This document shows positions 1 through 9,857 of a stretch of DNA of 31,768 nt, one piece after another (positions within the stretch are counted from its first letter, which is position 1; each line of letters opens with the position of its first letter). Position numbers and translations under genes: made by a program. Below the pieces are notes generated by a model. The model had not been told where the DNA came from and made no database searches. It was given only the letters and a program-made list of their open reading frames with translations. The stretch lies in the IMG/VR virus record IMGVR_UViG_3300017914_000231, positions 1 to 31,768 of that record; one strand, written 5' to 3'. The DNA comes from a virus (taxonomy: Duplodnaviria; Caudoviricetes).

Positions 1-141
1 TGAATCTTCAGTTAAAGCGTTCGCGGCGGCGGGTGGCTTTCCAATGGGTATACCGGCGGCGGCTATTTCTATTGCTCAGGGCATGGCTCAAGTTGCTGCT
101 ATTAAGGCGCAGTCTTTTGAGGGTGGCGGCTTCACCGGTCA
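1..141. repeat. 141-nt terminal direct repeat, left copy (circular assembly overlap)
   Basis: Bases 1-141 (TGAATCTTCAG...CACCGGTCA) are identical to 31628-31768, and the repeat lies inside a continuous ORF. Confidence 0.97.
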
Positions 142-424
142 TGGTTCTCGCTCTGGCGGTTTAGATGGCAAAGGTGGTTTTCCGGCTATTCTACACCCTA
201 ATGAGACAGTAATTGACAACACTAAGTCATCAAGCATAGGTCGCTCAGGCTCTAAAGAAACTGTCATTGTCAATCAGACAATCAACGTAACAACTGGGGT
301 GCAAGGCACAGTAAGAGCAGAGATATCTAACCTAATGCCACAGATTGCAGAGGCAGCACAAAACGCGGTTCTAGGTGCTAGAATGCGTGGCGGACAATAC
401 AGCAAACAGCTTATAGGTAGATAA
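2..424 (+). CDS. Tape measure protein, C-terminal part (continues from 30165 across the junction)
   Basis: Same frame as the ORF starting at 30165 once circularised. The C-terminus FEGGGFTG...GGLDGKGGFPAILHPNETV is typical of tape measure proteins. Confidence 0.9.
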   Translation, partial: ESSVKAFAAAGGFPMGIPAAAISIAQGMAQVAAIKAQSFEGGGFTGHGSRSGGLDGKGGFPAILHPNETVIDNTKSSSIGRSGSKETVIVNQTINVTTGVQGTVRAEISNLMPQIAEAAQNAVLGARMRGGQYSKQLIGR

Positions 425-425
425 C

Positions 426-1004
426 ATGGCTATATCATATCCATTGGATTTTCCGCTAATTAACAGTGAAAGCTTAATAGAAAAGATGACTGTAAGGCTT
501 CTAAACTCTAGCGGTTTAAGTGAGTCTCCTTACACATACCGCCAACAGGTTAACAACTTTGGCGGCGCAAGATGGGAAGCAGATGTCACGCTAAGACCAC
601 TGACACAACACGAAGCAAAAGCCGTCAAAGCTTTCTTCGCTTCACTAAAGGGAAGAGTAGGGACATTCAGACTAGGCAATCCTACAGATGTAACCAGTGG
701 TACTGTAAGCCTAAATGGTTCTGCTAGCGTTGGCGATACAGAGATCGGTATAACAATAAACAGCGGCAATATAGAAGCCGGTGACATATTTTCACTGAAC
801 AACAGGATTTATATGTGCTTAACGACACGAAATAGCAGTGGTGATATTGATATAACACCGCCGATTAAAGAGGGAGTATCAGACGAAACAACCGTTGCGC
901 TTAATTCTCCGACAGGCACATGGAGACTAGCAGACAGTGAAGTTGAATGGGATATCGACAAGGCAAGTCGGTTTGGGTTTTCATTTTCTTGCGTAGAGGC
1001 TTAA
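426..1004 (+). CDS. Distal tail (Dit-like) / minor tail protein
   Basis: 192 aa, directly after the tape measure gene. SPYTYRQQV..GGARWEADV..FFASLKGR..TFRL pattern of siphophage distal tail proteins. Confidence 0.75.
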   Translation: MAISYPLDFPLINSESLIEKMTVRLLNSSGLSESPYTYRQQVNNFGGARWEADVTLRPLTQHEAKAVKAFFASLKGRVGTFRLGNPTDVTSGTVSLNGSASVGDTEIGITINSGNIEAGDIFSLNNRIYMCLTTRNSSGDIDITPPIKEGVSDETTVALNSPTGTWRLADSEVEWDIDKASRFGFSFSCVEA

Positions 1005-1007
1005 CAG

Positions 1008-1646
1008 ATGCCTACTGATGGTTTTCCAAGAAGCCTTGACTCAAACGCTTTTATCCAGTTAGCCTCAAGAGACGTTACAAACCTTTGCATTGCTTGCAAG
1101 ATTACTCTACCTGATGAAAACGGTAACGACGAGGTTCATAGACTTTGGACAGGCTATGGCAGCCAAACGATAGATATAAATCCCTCAAGCGCAGCATCTT
1201 ACGCTCACCCTGAGCATGGCGAAACTTATACTGGCGCGGGCGCATTGCTGTCTATTTCTGACATAACCGAAAACTCGGACTTAGGCGCACAAGGAATACA
1301 GATAGCTTTAGTCTCATCAGCAAGTAACCAGTTCTTAACAACCCTTAGACAAAGAGATTATCAAGGCAAGCCGGTTGAAGTTTTTCTCGGCGTTCAAGCG
1401 GAAAACAGCACAGCGATAATCGGTCTAATCACACTGTTTGAAGGTTTCGCAGATCAGATGATATTCAGCCAAAAAGCAGATGAGATGGTTATAACACTGA
1501 CTTGCGAGAGTAAGCTAATAAGGCTTTCGAAAAGCAGCAACAGGAAATATACGTCAGAGGATCAAAAGACAGAATACCCTAACGACAAAGGGTTTGATTT
1601 TGTAAACTCTCTCATTGACAAAGAGGTTTTGTGGGGGAGAACTTGA
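1008..1646 (+). CDS. Minor tail protein / baseplate hub (gpL-like position)
   Basis: 212 aa; RLWTG..YTGAGALLSIS..E; C-terminal YTSEDQK..YPNDKGFDFV..WGR; lies between Dit and the J-like gene. Confidence 0.7.
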   Translation: MPTDGFPRSLDSNAFIQLASRDVTNLCIACKITLPDENGNDEVHRLWTGYGSQTIDINPSSAASYAHPEHGETYTGAGALLSISDITENSDLGAQGIQIALVSSASNQFLTTLRQRDYQGKPVEVFLGVQAENSTAIIGLITLFEGFADQMIFSQKADEMVITLTCESKLIRLSKSSNRKYTSEDQKTEYPNDKGFDFVNSLIDKEVLWGRT

Positions 1647-2098
1647 TTGAATATGCAGTTGAAAAAATACAGAACGTACAGCATGAGTTAGGCGTTTTAT
1701 TTGACGAGCACTACGACATCAACTGTCCTATGCCAGACAAACTTAAGGCAGAGCCAGACTGGGAGCGTTGGTTTCAGCTACAAGAAATGGATATGTTTCG
1801 GCTATTTACTGCAAGAAAAAACAATCTCCTAATAGGTTATATTTTTCTATTCATCGCGCCAAGCTTTCAATATAAGACGCATCTTTTCGCTGTTGTTGAT
1901 ATGATATATGTTCGCAAGCAAAACAGAGCAAGCGGTGCGGGGTATTATCTGTTAAAGTATGCTGAAGATTATATTAAACAGATGGGCGTTTCAGTGGTCG
2001 GTATAAGCACAACTGTTGATGCGCCTTTTGACAAACTACTGAACAGACTGGGGTATGAACTGCGAGAGCGTTCTTATTCCAAGTGGATAGGTGAATAG
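1643..2098 (+). CDS. GNAT-family acetyltransferase
   Basis: Motif A-like IYVRKQNRASGAGYYLLKYAE and C-terminal LLNRLGY. The TTG at 1643 overlaps the upstream stop (TTGA) and follows GGGGAG; the ORF track starts at GTG 1631. Confidence 0.8.
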   Translation: MIEYAVEKIQNVQHELGVLFDEHYDINCPMPDKLKAEPDWERWFQLQEMDMFRLFTARKNNLLIGYIFLFIAPSFQYKTHLFAVVDMIYVRKQNRASGAGYYLLKYAEDYIKQMGVSVVGISTTVDAPFDKLLNRLGYELRERSYSKWIGE

Positions 2099-5062
2099 AT
2101 GGCATTTTTAGTAGCAGTCGCGGCGGGTGCTGGCGCGGTAGCAGTAGGTCTTTCGACAGTTGCGGCTGTTCTGATTGGCGGTGCGGCGGCGGCAATATAC
2201 GACTATGTTGTCGATAGCATGATGGACGACATAAGCGTTGACACAATGCAAGGTCGAAATGTGTCAGGCAAAGATTCGATCGGCAGTAGAAGATACATCT
2301 ATGGCACTTGTCGAGTAGGTGGCACGATCGTCTATCAAGCTAACAGTGGGTCTGACAACAAGTACCTACATACCTTTATTGTTTTTAGCGATGGTAGAAA
2401 CACTGAGTTTGAAGAAATATACTTCGATGACGTTAAGGCTGCCGGTATAGAGCAGTCTGGCGGCAGTCTGAAATACTTCAACAGATATAGCCTGTTTGAA
2501 GATAGCAATTCTAATCAAGGTAGCAAGACAATGATAATGACTCGTCTTGGATACCCTGATCAAAACCTGAACTCGCAGAGTCACGCCGGCACTGATTTGC
2601 CAGACCAGTGGGGCGTTGATCACGATCTTAACGGCGTATGTCATGCTTACGTAAGATTGGAGTATGATGAGACTAAGCACATAAATGGCTTTCCAAATAT
2701 AACTGCAATCATAAAAGGAAAAACTCAATACGATCCAAGACAGGACAGCACATCAAGCGTTTATGACTCTAGCGTTGGAGTGTCTACGCAGAGGATTGAT
2801 GACGAGACAACATGGCAGTATTCAGAAAACAGTGCTGTTTGTTTGCTTAACTATATGCTAGACACTAGGTTAGGTCTTGGCGAGAGCATAGAAGCGTTCA
2901 ATCTAGACAAGCTTGCTACAGCAATGGATATATGTGACGAACTGGTGACATACGATGGTGACGGAAATCAGCAAGCAAGATATACCTGTAATGGCATAAT
3001 AGACTCCGCAAACAGCCATAGAACAAACATATCAAACATACTAACCTCTATGAACGGACAGTTGCTTTACAGTGGCGGCAAGTATGTGGTTAAGGCTTAT
3101 GCCTACGAAACCCCATCTGGAGTAATTGTTGATGAAGATATGATCGTTGGCAGCTTCGATGTAATAACGAAAAACAGCAAAAGAAATATGTACAACAGGG
3201 TTAAGGGTAGGTTTGTTTCTGAACACGACAACTACATTATGACAGAGTACCCTGTACAAAAGTTTTTGTCTGATGATGCAACTCCTATAGCAAGCTTTGA
3301 GGTTGCTGACGGTGAGATCATGTATCACGAATACAATCTACCAATGACGACAAACCATCATAGGGCGCAAAGATTAGCGCGACTAACTATGCTACGCTCT
3401 CGTATGCAAGCGACGATAAAGTTCACCGCTAATTCGCAAGCTTTACAGTATACGGTAGGAGACAATATACGAGTAGCTAACGCGGCTTTAGGTTACAGTT
3501 CTGACGACCCTAAGATATTTCAAATACAAAGGCTTAACGTCAAAATAGATGCAGATAAAGGTCTAGTCGTACAGATAGAAGCAAAGGAAAACGCACAGTC
3601 TATTTATGACTGGCAAGCAACAGATGCCGAAAGCTTCACGACAGGTTCTCTCGTTGAACTTTACGAAGGCACTCTTGATGCGCCGACCTTTATTAACGCT
3701 GTTACTATTGATGGCGGTATGTATTGCGGTTGGTTACACCCTGAGTACAGAGAGTCAGTTGAGTTTGTATTAACAGTTAGTCCGACTGATCCAAACTATA
3801 ATGACACTAGAACATATCCTACGAAAACAAACGTAGTCTTTGTTCCATTAAATCAAGATATCAGCATATACAAAGAATATAATTTCTCAGTTAAAGCAGT
3901 GGACACTGCAACTGGAGCGCAAAGCGCAAGCATTAGCGTTAACAGGAGAAAAGTACCGCTAACAGGCAGCAGACAGCCAATCGTAGTAACAGGTACAGCT
4001 GAGACCCCTACGAATGATGACATTAGAAACAGCTTAGCGGATCAGAATATTTTCATCGGAGAATATAGAACAGAGCTAGTGTATGTGAGACTTAATGATA
4101 GCGGGTTTGCGATTGATTCAACTCCGCTAGTATATATTGATAGCAGCTTGCATCAAATACAGCATTCCCCAATATACGCAAAAACAGCATCAAAGAATCC
4201 TCAAAATTTTGATCTACTTGAAGATCGCGGAGATATTCAGCAAACATATCGTTGGACTGTAATTGGCGATGAATCTAAAGTTATTGTAGGGTCGGGTGTT
4301 GTTAGATTTGAGAATGCATCACAAAACGATATGGCACAAGTATCTACGATGAGAACTAGACCAATAACGCCTGAAAGAAGATACAAGTTGCAATATACAG
4401 AAATAAGTGAGGGCAATGTACCCTATACTTTACTTGTCCAAGCATATTCTTTTGACGGGCATTTAGTCACTATATTAACTAGAAGCAACTCGCCAACACA
4501 AGGGTCATCGCCGTTTACAATTTCAAATGAATTTGACGTACCTAAGAATACAAAAGAGTTGCGAGTACTTGTGCGGGGCACAACACAAAACAATACAAAT
4601 GCTTCTTTTGATGACTTTGTTATTCATGAGGTAACACCAGACAGTCTACATAACTCAGTTTTTGTCGGAAACTATATATCAGATCAAGTAAGTAATTTTT
4701 CTTATAGCTATAATATCGATGAGGTTAGCATACCTAATCACGACAGCGTCGTTACAGATCACACAACTTCAGGCGATACTTCGACCTATAGATTCAAGTA
4801 TTATGATGGCGCACACAAGATCGCTCAGCTGACAATAATTCTGAATCAAGATCATCTTACAGATGATAAATATGACAAGAAAAACTACGTCATATTAAGA
4901 AAATATTATGACGCAGATGTTGCTGAATTAAGCGTTGCCAACCGTTACACAGCGACAGTTACTATAACATCAGAGTATGATGAAGAAACGACAGGCGAAT
5001 CTGAAACAATAACTGTCAGTCAATCAGAAACCGTTTTTGTAGATTGTGAACTTACGGAGTAA
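2099..5062 (+). CDS. Tail tip / host-specificity protein (gpJ-like central fibre) with FN3-like and CBM-like domains
   Basis: 987 aa; Ala/Gly-rich N-terminus, RRYIYGTCRVGG, FPNITAIIKG, ENSAVCLLNY, RYTCNG, YNRVKGRF motifs of J-like proteins. Confidence 0.85.
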   Translation: MAFLVAVAAGAGAVAVGLSTVAAVLIGGAAAAIYDYVVDSMMDDISVDTMQGRNVSGKDSIGSRRYIYGTCRVGGTIVYQANSGSDNKYLHTFIVFSDGRNTEFEEIYFDDVKAAGIEQSGGSLKYFNRYSLFEDSNSNQGSKTMIMTRLGYPDQNLNSQSHAGTDLPDQWGVDHDLNGVCHAYVRLEYDETKHINGFPNITAIIKGKTQYDPRQDSTSSVYDSSVGVSTQRIDDETTWQYSENSAVCLLNYMLDTRLGLGESIEAFNLDKLATAMDICDELVTYDGDGNQQARYTCNGIIDSANSHRTNISNILTSMNGQLLYSGGKYVVKAYAYETPSGVIVDEDMIVGSFDVITKNSKRNMYNRVKGRFVSEHDNYIMTEYPVQKFLSDDATPIASFEVADGEIMYHEYNLPMTTNHHRAQRLARLTMLRSRMQATIKFTANSQALQYTVGDNIRVANAALGYSSDDPKIFQIQRLNVKIDADKGLVVQIEAKENAQSIYDWQATDAESFTTGSLVELYEGTLDAPTFINAVTIDGGMYCGWLHPEYRESVEFVLTVSPTDPNYNDTRTYPTKTNVVFVPLNQDISIYKEYNFSVKAVDTATGAQSASISVNRRKVPLTGSRQPIVVTGTAETPTNDDIRNSLADQNIFIGEYRTELVYVRLNDSGFAIDSTPLVYIDSSLHQIQHSPIYAKTASKNPQNFDLLEDRGDIQQTYRWTVIGDESKVIVGSGVVRFENASQNDMAQVSTMRTRPITPERRYKLQYTEISEGNVPYTLLVQAYSFDGHLVTILTRSNSPTQGSSPFTISNEFDVPKNTKELRVLVRGTTQNNTNASFDDFVIHEVTPDSLHNSVFVGNYISDQVSNFSYSYNIDEVSIPNHDSVVTDHTTSGDTSTYRFKYYDGAHKIAQLTIILNQDHLTDDKYDKKNYVILRKYYDADVAELSVANRYTATVTITSEYDEETTGESETITVSQSETVFVDCELTE

Positions 5063-5065
5063 CAG

Positions 5066-6286
5066 ATGGGATATCAGATAGGAAAAAAAACAATATCAGG
5101 TAACTTCATAATTGATGGCACTCTTGAAGCTAAGCACATCAAAGCAAACACGATCACAGCTAATAAGTTTAGCGGCGCAGTTGAGGAAGAATACTGGGCA
5201 TACCTAGACGACAAAGACATATCATTTGCGTATAGCGGCTATACAACTGCGCTAGAGTTTACGTTTCCTAAAACTGAACTAGATATATTTAAAGGTCGTC
5301 ATGTACATTACTGCGGCGAAGCGTATATGAATACCGGCACCAGTACGCAGTATGACGGCTTTTTGTATTTAAGGTTAGAAGCAGAAGTTCCTAGTGTACA
5401 AACGTCTACTATCATAGGTAGCGCAAAGCATCTGTCTACATCAGGTTCATACCAGATAGTCTATTTTGACGGCAACCTAGCATCTAACAGAATTGGTAGC
5501 GGTGGCAGTATTGGAACTCTTGGCGGCAATTACAGAACCTACAAAAGACTTTACTATGATCCAAAGGGAGCGCAAGGCAGTGAATTAGTTGTGAACGGCA
5601 ACTATAATTCAGGCACAGCAAATTGGACTGTTGGGGCGGGTTCGCATTCGTCAGGCTATGGTCAGTATTCAGTAACTACTGATTCAACGAATAACGGCTT
5701 TACCTATCAGGCTATAACAACTGTTGTAGGCGAGAAGTACCAACTAACTGGCAACATAACAAATGGTGTTGCTAATGGTGAAATTAGAATAACGTCTGCG
5801 CCTAACCTAGATGTTGGCAGTCGTATTGCGACAAGCGCAGTACAGACAGGAACAGCATCTGTTGACTTTGAATTTACTGCAACAGGCACAACAACCTACA
5901 TTGTACTGAGAGCATCAGGTACTGCGGCAAGCCAATCAGTTGGTTTTGACAACATATCTTGCAAGCAATACCTACGCAGAACATATCTAGAATTAAGCAC
6001 AACAGGCGGTGCTATTGTTAATACTAACGGCACAACAGCGGTCAACTTGTACTACCACCCATATAGCGGTGCTTCAAGCGGCACATATCAGGTGGTCGAT
6101 AATTACATTCAAAAAACGCGAACAAAGTCTTACACAAACTATTTTAGATTCCAGACTGAAGCCTATATAGGTTGGTTTAACGATGACATCAAGTTACGAT
6201 TGACTTGCTTGAATCAAATCGCATTCGGCAAGACTGTTACGCTAAATGATGTTAAGATATTCATGCAGAGTAGGATAGTAGAATGA
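5066..6286 (+). CDS. Tail fibre / receptor-binding protein with CBM-like domain
   Basis: N-terminal IDGTLEAKHIKANTITANK fibre repeat; internal ELVVNGNY..W..TVVGEKYQL..FDNISCK jelly-roll pattern. Confidence 0.65.
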   Translation: MGYQIGKKTISGNFIIDGTLEAKHIKANTITANKFSGAVEEEYWAYLDDKDISFAYSGYTTALEFTFPKTELDIFKGRHVHYCGEAYMNTGTSTQYDGFLYLRLEAEVPSVQTSTIIGSAKHLSTSGSYQIVYFDGNLASNRIGSGGSIGTLGGNYRTYKRLYYDPKGAQGSELVVNGNYNSGTANWTVGAGSHSSGYGQYSVTTDSTNNGFTYQAITTVVGEKYQLTGNITNGVANGEIRITSAPNLDVGSRIATSAVQTGTASVDFEFTATGTTTYIVLRASGTAASQSVGFDNISCKQYLRRTYLELSTTGGAIVNTNGTTAVNLYYHPYSGASSGTYQVVDNYIQKTRTKSYTNYFRFQTEAYIGWFNDDIKLRLTCLNQIAFGKTVTLNDVKIFMQSRIVE

Positions 6287-6498
6287 TAGTTATAGGTTAT
6301 CAAAAGCTAGTGAACGATGAAGAGATCGTTGACGTAGTATTCGAAGAACACGAAGATAGAGATGATGCGGAAGATGCTTTGCATAGATTAGTCGCAACTG
6401 AGGCTGATCTTGAGGGTCTAATTAATTATTTCTGGGCGATTAAGCATGATGACAGCTATAAGATTATGGCTATCAAAGACAGAACAAGCGAGGGCTAA
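6283..6498 (+). CDS. Small acidic hypothetical protein in the tail module
   Basis: 71-aa ORF with ATGA overlap on the upstream stop. Confidence 0.6.
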   Translation: MIVIGYQKLVNDEEIVDVVFEEHEDRDDAEDALHRLVATEADLEGLINYFWAIKHDDSYKIMAIKDRTSEG

Positions 6499-6500
6499 AC

Positions 6501-6836
6501 ATGACAGCGGGAACTTATGATATAACGATAGATCAAGGCTCAGACTTTGCCTTGTCTGTTACGGTTAGTGATGACGGTGATCCAAGAGACCTATCCACAT
6601 GGGACGCTCGCGCTAAGCTGAAGAAAACAATGTCATCAACAGGCGCAACAGATATCACTGTAAACGAAGCGAACGCATCAGATGGAATCCTTGTAATGGC
6701 ACTATCGCACACTCAGACAGCAGCACTAGAAGCCGGCTCATACGTTTACGACCTAGAGATATACAAAGCAGATGGCACAAAGGCTACAAGGCTACTGCAA
6801 GGCAAAGCGACTGTAAGAGGTGAGGTAACTAAATAA
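6501..6836 (+). CDS. Tail fibre attachment / collar protein (beta-sandwich)
   Basis: YDITIDQGSDF..DLS.W.ARAKLKK..LSHTQTAAL..YVYDLEI..RLLQG pattern, typical upstream of side fibres. Confidence 0.65.
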   Translation: MTAGTYDITIDQGSDFALSVTVSDDGDPRDLSTWDARAKLKKTMSSTGATDITVNEANASDGILVMALSHTQTAALEAGSYVYDLEIYKADGTKATRLLQGKATVRGEVTK

Positions 6837-8974
6837 TGGCTACCACTATCACTGTAACTGAAGATGTAACTAAGGTTACTGTTACAGAGAATACGACCGA
6901 ACTAAACATAACGCCACAGGTTACTACTGTAGGTGTTTCTGCCGTTGATATAACAGCGTCAAACATAGCGCAGTCAGTTAGCCTAAATCCGACAGGCGGT
7001 ATATCAGCTACAAACGTACAAGCGGGTTTTGCAGAGGTTGCAAGCGAAGCGGCATTTTTATCAGGAGCGAGTTTCACCGGCGACATAAGTGTTAATACAA
7101 ACACATTTCATGTAGACGTTGCAGATGATCGCGTTGGTATTGGCACTACTACTCCTGACACATTGCTTGAAGTAGTTGGTGCTGACCCTGTTCTTACAAT
7201 AAGAGATATTGAAACTACAGGTGCAAACACTAATGCAACTTTAAGATTAGCAGAGTCTGGTGCTTCTGATACGCTTAATAACTATTGGGATATAAACCAC
7301 ACAGGCAACGGTGAATTACGTTTTGTGCAAGACAGAGACGGTGCAAACAACGAGCGTATTCGTATAAACTATGCAGGCAACGTAGGCATAGGTGCTAATA
7401 ACCCGTCTACTGCCCTTGATGTAAACGGAACTGTTACTGCCACAGGACTAGACGTTAACGGCACATCAACATTTGATGACACAGCTACCTTTAATGACAC
7501 AGCTACCTTTAATGACACAGTTAACATATCGGCAAATACTTTATTAGATTTTAGCGCGGATATTGGGGTATATACCGCAATAAACCTACGCAATAACAAT
7601 ATAGTCGGCGTTAACAATATAAGAATGAATGACAGTGGTAGCAACGAGGGCGTACAGTGGACAAACTGGAGAATCTTTGAGTCGCCTATTCCTCTTGCAA
7701 ATGAGAGCGGCAACTTTCAGATTACCTATACTGGCGGCGGCGGCAATCAATCTATTCTAGAAGTGCGACCAGATGGCATTAGTGTAACAGGGAATGTGAT
7801 AATAAGCGGTACAGTTGACGGTCGTGATATTGCAACTGACGGCGCGAAGCTAGACGATATTGAAGCCGAAGCAGATGTTACTGACGCAGTGAACGTAGCT
7901 GCTGCCGGCGCGATTATGGACAGTGACTTTACCGCTAATGGCTTTATGAAGCGCACAGGTGCGGGTACATATGCTATAGACTCAAGTAATTATATAACTG
8001 ATTACAACGTTACAGAGTCAGATGTAACGGCTCACCAAGATGCATTAGAGATAAGCCAGTCACAGATTACCGATCTGGGAAGCAAGACGGTTACTAAAAC
8101 AGAGATACACAGACCTTTCGATATCACAGATTCTCTACAGGCTACAGTACCGCCGCACATAATGATAACAGCGGATCAAACTAAGACCGTAGCTGAGTTT
8201 GTCGTAGACGGTGACACCGATACAATTTTACAAGAATTGACAATAGCTGTTAATGGCAAGCTGATGAATGACAGCACAGCATCAACTATAGGTCAGTTCG
8301 TATCAACAGAAACAGATTGCAGAATCTTTGTTGATAGAAAATCAAAGGGCGGCGTAGGAACTGACATAGGGACAGTTGCAGTTGCAGATGTGTACCCAAA
8401 AAACAACACAGAGACTGGGTCATGGCTTAGGTTGTTTGAAGTTTCAGGCGATCAGACTGGCAAGATAGATAGCTTCAGTTATGTTGCAACATCAAGCGCG
8501 GGCGCAAACAAGAGAAAGGTTATCTACCACAACTACAACGCTACAACAAATAGAACAACTATAGGTTACAACAACATCAACTTTTCTACAGCAGAAGATG
8601 GTTCAGACAACTCAACTCAAGCAACTGCGATATTCCCAAATACCGGCGCGACCGTATACATAAGCTCATCAGGCTTTGAAAGTTCTGGCACTTATACAAC
8701 AGCAATTCCTATCTATACGCACGTTGGAAACAATACAGCAACTTTTCAACTAACAGATTTTGCAACTCCTATAGGTAATGTGAATTCTCGCGCTAGCATA
8801 CCTAGAAAAACATATACATTTCCGAAACTAAGAATTGTTAAAGACTCAGGCGGCGCGGGTGACGTAGAAATTAGAGTTCGTATTCATGTTGGAGACAGCA
8901 CAACTTCAGGCAATGATGAGGGCGAGTTCGAATATTTTCTACTGCAAGCAGACATGGCAAACATTAAAGGCTAA
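6836..8974 (+). CDS. Long (side) tail fibre
   Basis: 712 aa, Thr/Gly/Asn-rich; RVGIGTTTP and NVGIGANNP repeats; GTVDGRDIATDGAKLD.IE..ADVTD fibre module. Confidence 0.8.
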   Translation: MATTITVTEDVTKVTVTENTTELNITPQVTTVGVSAVDITASNIAQSVSLNPTGGISATNVQAGFAEVASEAAFLSGASFTGDISVNTNTFHVDVADDRVGIGTTTPDTLLEVVGADPVLTIRDIETTGANTNATLRLAESGASDTLNNYWDINHTGNGELRFVQDRDGANNERIRINYAGNVGIGANNPSTALDVNGTVTATGLDVNGTSTFDDTATFNDTATFNDTVNISANTLLDFSADIGVYTAINLRNNNIVGVNNIRMNDSGSNEGVQWTNWRIFESPIPLANESGNFQITYTGGGGNQSILEVRPDGISVTGNVIISGTVDGRDIATDGAKLDDIEAEADVTDAVNVAAAGAIMDSDFTANGFMKRTGAGTYAIDSSNYITDYNVTESDVTAHQDALEISQSQITDLGSKTVTKTEIHRPFDITDSLQATVPPHIMITADQTKTVAEFVVDGDTDTILQELTIAVNGKLMNDSTASTIGQFVSTETDCRIFVDRKSKGGVGTDIGTVAVADVYPKNNTETGSWLRLFEVSGDQTGKIDSFSYVATSSAGANKRKVIYHNYNATTNRTTIGYNNINFSTAEDGSDNSTQATAIFPNTGATVYISSSGFESSGTYTTAIPIYTHVGNNTATFQLTDFATPIGNVNSRASIPRKTYTFPKLRIVKDSGGAGDVEIRVRIHVGDSTTSGNDEGEFEYFLLQADMANIKG
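7472..7520 (+). repeat. 18-nt tandem repeat (about 2.7 copies) encoding F(D/N)DTAT
   Basis: TTTGATGACACAGCTACC TTTAATGACACAGCTACC TTTAATGACACAG. Confidence 0.9.
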
Positions 8975-8982
8975 AGGTATCT

Positions 8983-9237
8983 ATGATGAAGATTGAAAAC
9001 GGCGAAGCAAAAATACCATTCAGCACGATAGTTATGATATTAGTACAGCTTGTCGCGATGGTTGCGTTTGCTACTAACCTATCAGCCGATATTGATAAGA
9101 CTGAAGCCGAAGTTGTGCGGCACGATACAAGAATAGGTCACTTAGAGAACACGATACAGAGTCAGCAAGTTACGCTTGCTAGGATTGACGAAAACCTCAA
9201 GCACATGATGCAAAAGCTTGACAGCATCGCAAAATGA
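8983..9237 (+). CDS. Single-TM coiled-coil membrane protein (lysis region)
   Basis: Hydrophobic IVMILVQLVAMVAFA followed by heptad-rich ...LARIDENLKHM. Confidence 0.6.
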   Translation: MMKIENGEAKIPFSTIVMILVQLVAMVAFATNLSADIDKTEAEVVRHDTRIGHLENTIQSQQVTLARIDENLKHMMQKLDSIAK

Positions 9238-9857
9238 AACGCTTTCTCATACTGTTCTTTTTAGCTAATGTAGCACAGGCTAATCAGCAAGAGGGTTCGC
9301 TAAACACCTACAACAGTGACTCAACAGTATCGTCTAATAACACGACTACCGATACAAGCACAACCAACAACTATAACGGCGCGGGTTCGTCTAGCGAGAT
9401 GCCGGTAGGCTCTGCAATATCTCCTAGCTATATGTCAAACGGTGTAGATACTTGCCTTAAAGGTTCAGGCGGTTCAGTTCAGACAGTTGGCGTAGGCATA
9501 TCAAGCGGCAACTATGAGTTAGATGAGAACTGCTTAAGGCTCAGAGAAAGCAAGCTTCTAGCTGATCTAAATATGAAAGTGGCGGCAGTCAGTCGTTTGT
9601 GTGATAGTATTAAGGTATTCAGGGCGATGCTGTTATCTGGCACACCTTGTCCGATTATAAGCGGTGGGAGACTAGTAGCGGGGCGAAAGGGGCTGATTGT
9701 AATAAAGCAACAGCCAGAACTTTACATACCAGATTATGACGACAACAAAGACTGGTATAACGGTATACTACAGATAGGCGAGGCTACAGAAAATGTTGAA
9801 GAAGATTATATCTCTATTGTTGATAAGTTCCGCAGTTCAAGGAAACGAACTGAATGA
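9234..9857 (+). CDS. Exported protein with 4 Cys, function unknown
   Basis: Signal peptide MKRFLILFFLANVAQA, Ser/Thr/Asn linker, SAISPS..DTC..NC..MKVAAV..C..GTPCP. Confidence 0.75.
   Translation: MKRFLILFFLANVAQANQQEGSLNTYNSDSTVSSNNTTTDTSTTNNYNGAGSSSEMPVGSAISPSYMSNGVDTCLKGSGGSVQTVGVGISSGNYELDENCLRLRESKLLADLNMKVAAVSRLCDSIKVFRAMLLSGTPCPIISGGRLVAGRKGLIVIKQQPELYIPDYDDNKDWYNGILQIGEATENVEEDYISIVDKFRSSRKRTE

Noticed and set aside
1-141. End repeat as a biological terminal repeat or att site
   Set aside because: It falls mid-gene and its length matches a common assembler k-mer overlap; it indicates circularity only.
5083-5090. A8 run near the start of the 406-aa fibre gene as a phase-variation site
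   Set aside because: Short, explained by Gly-Lys-Lys-Thr codons, and the frame is intact.
5066-8974. Diversity-generating retroelement or invertible fibre cassette
   Set aside because: No reverse transcriptase, invertase or nucleotide-level template/variable repeat pair seen.
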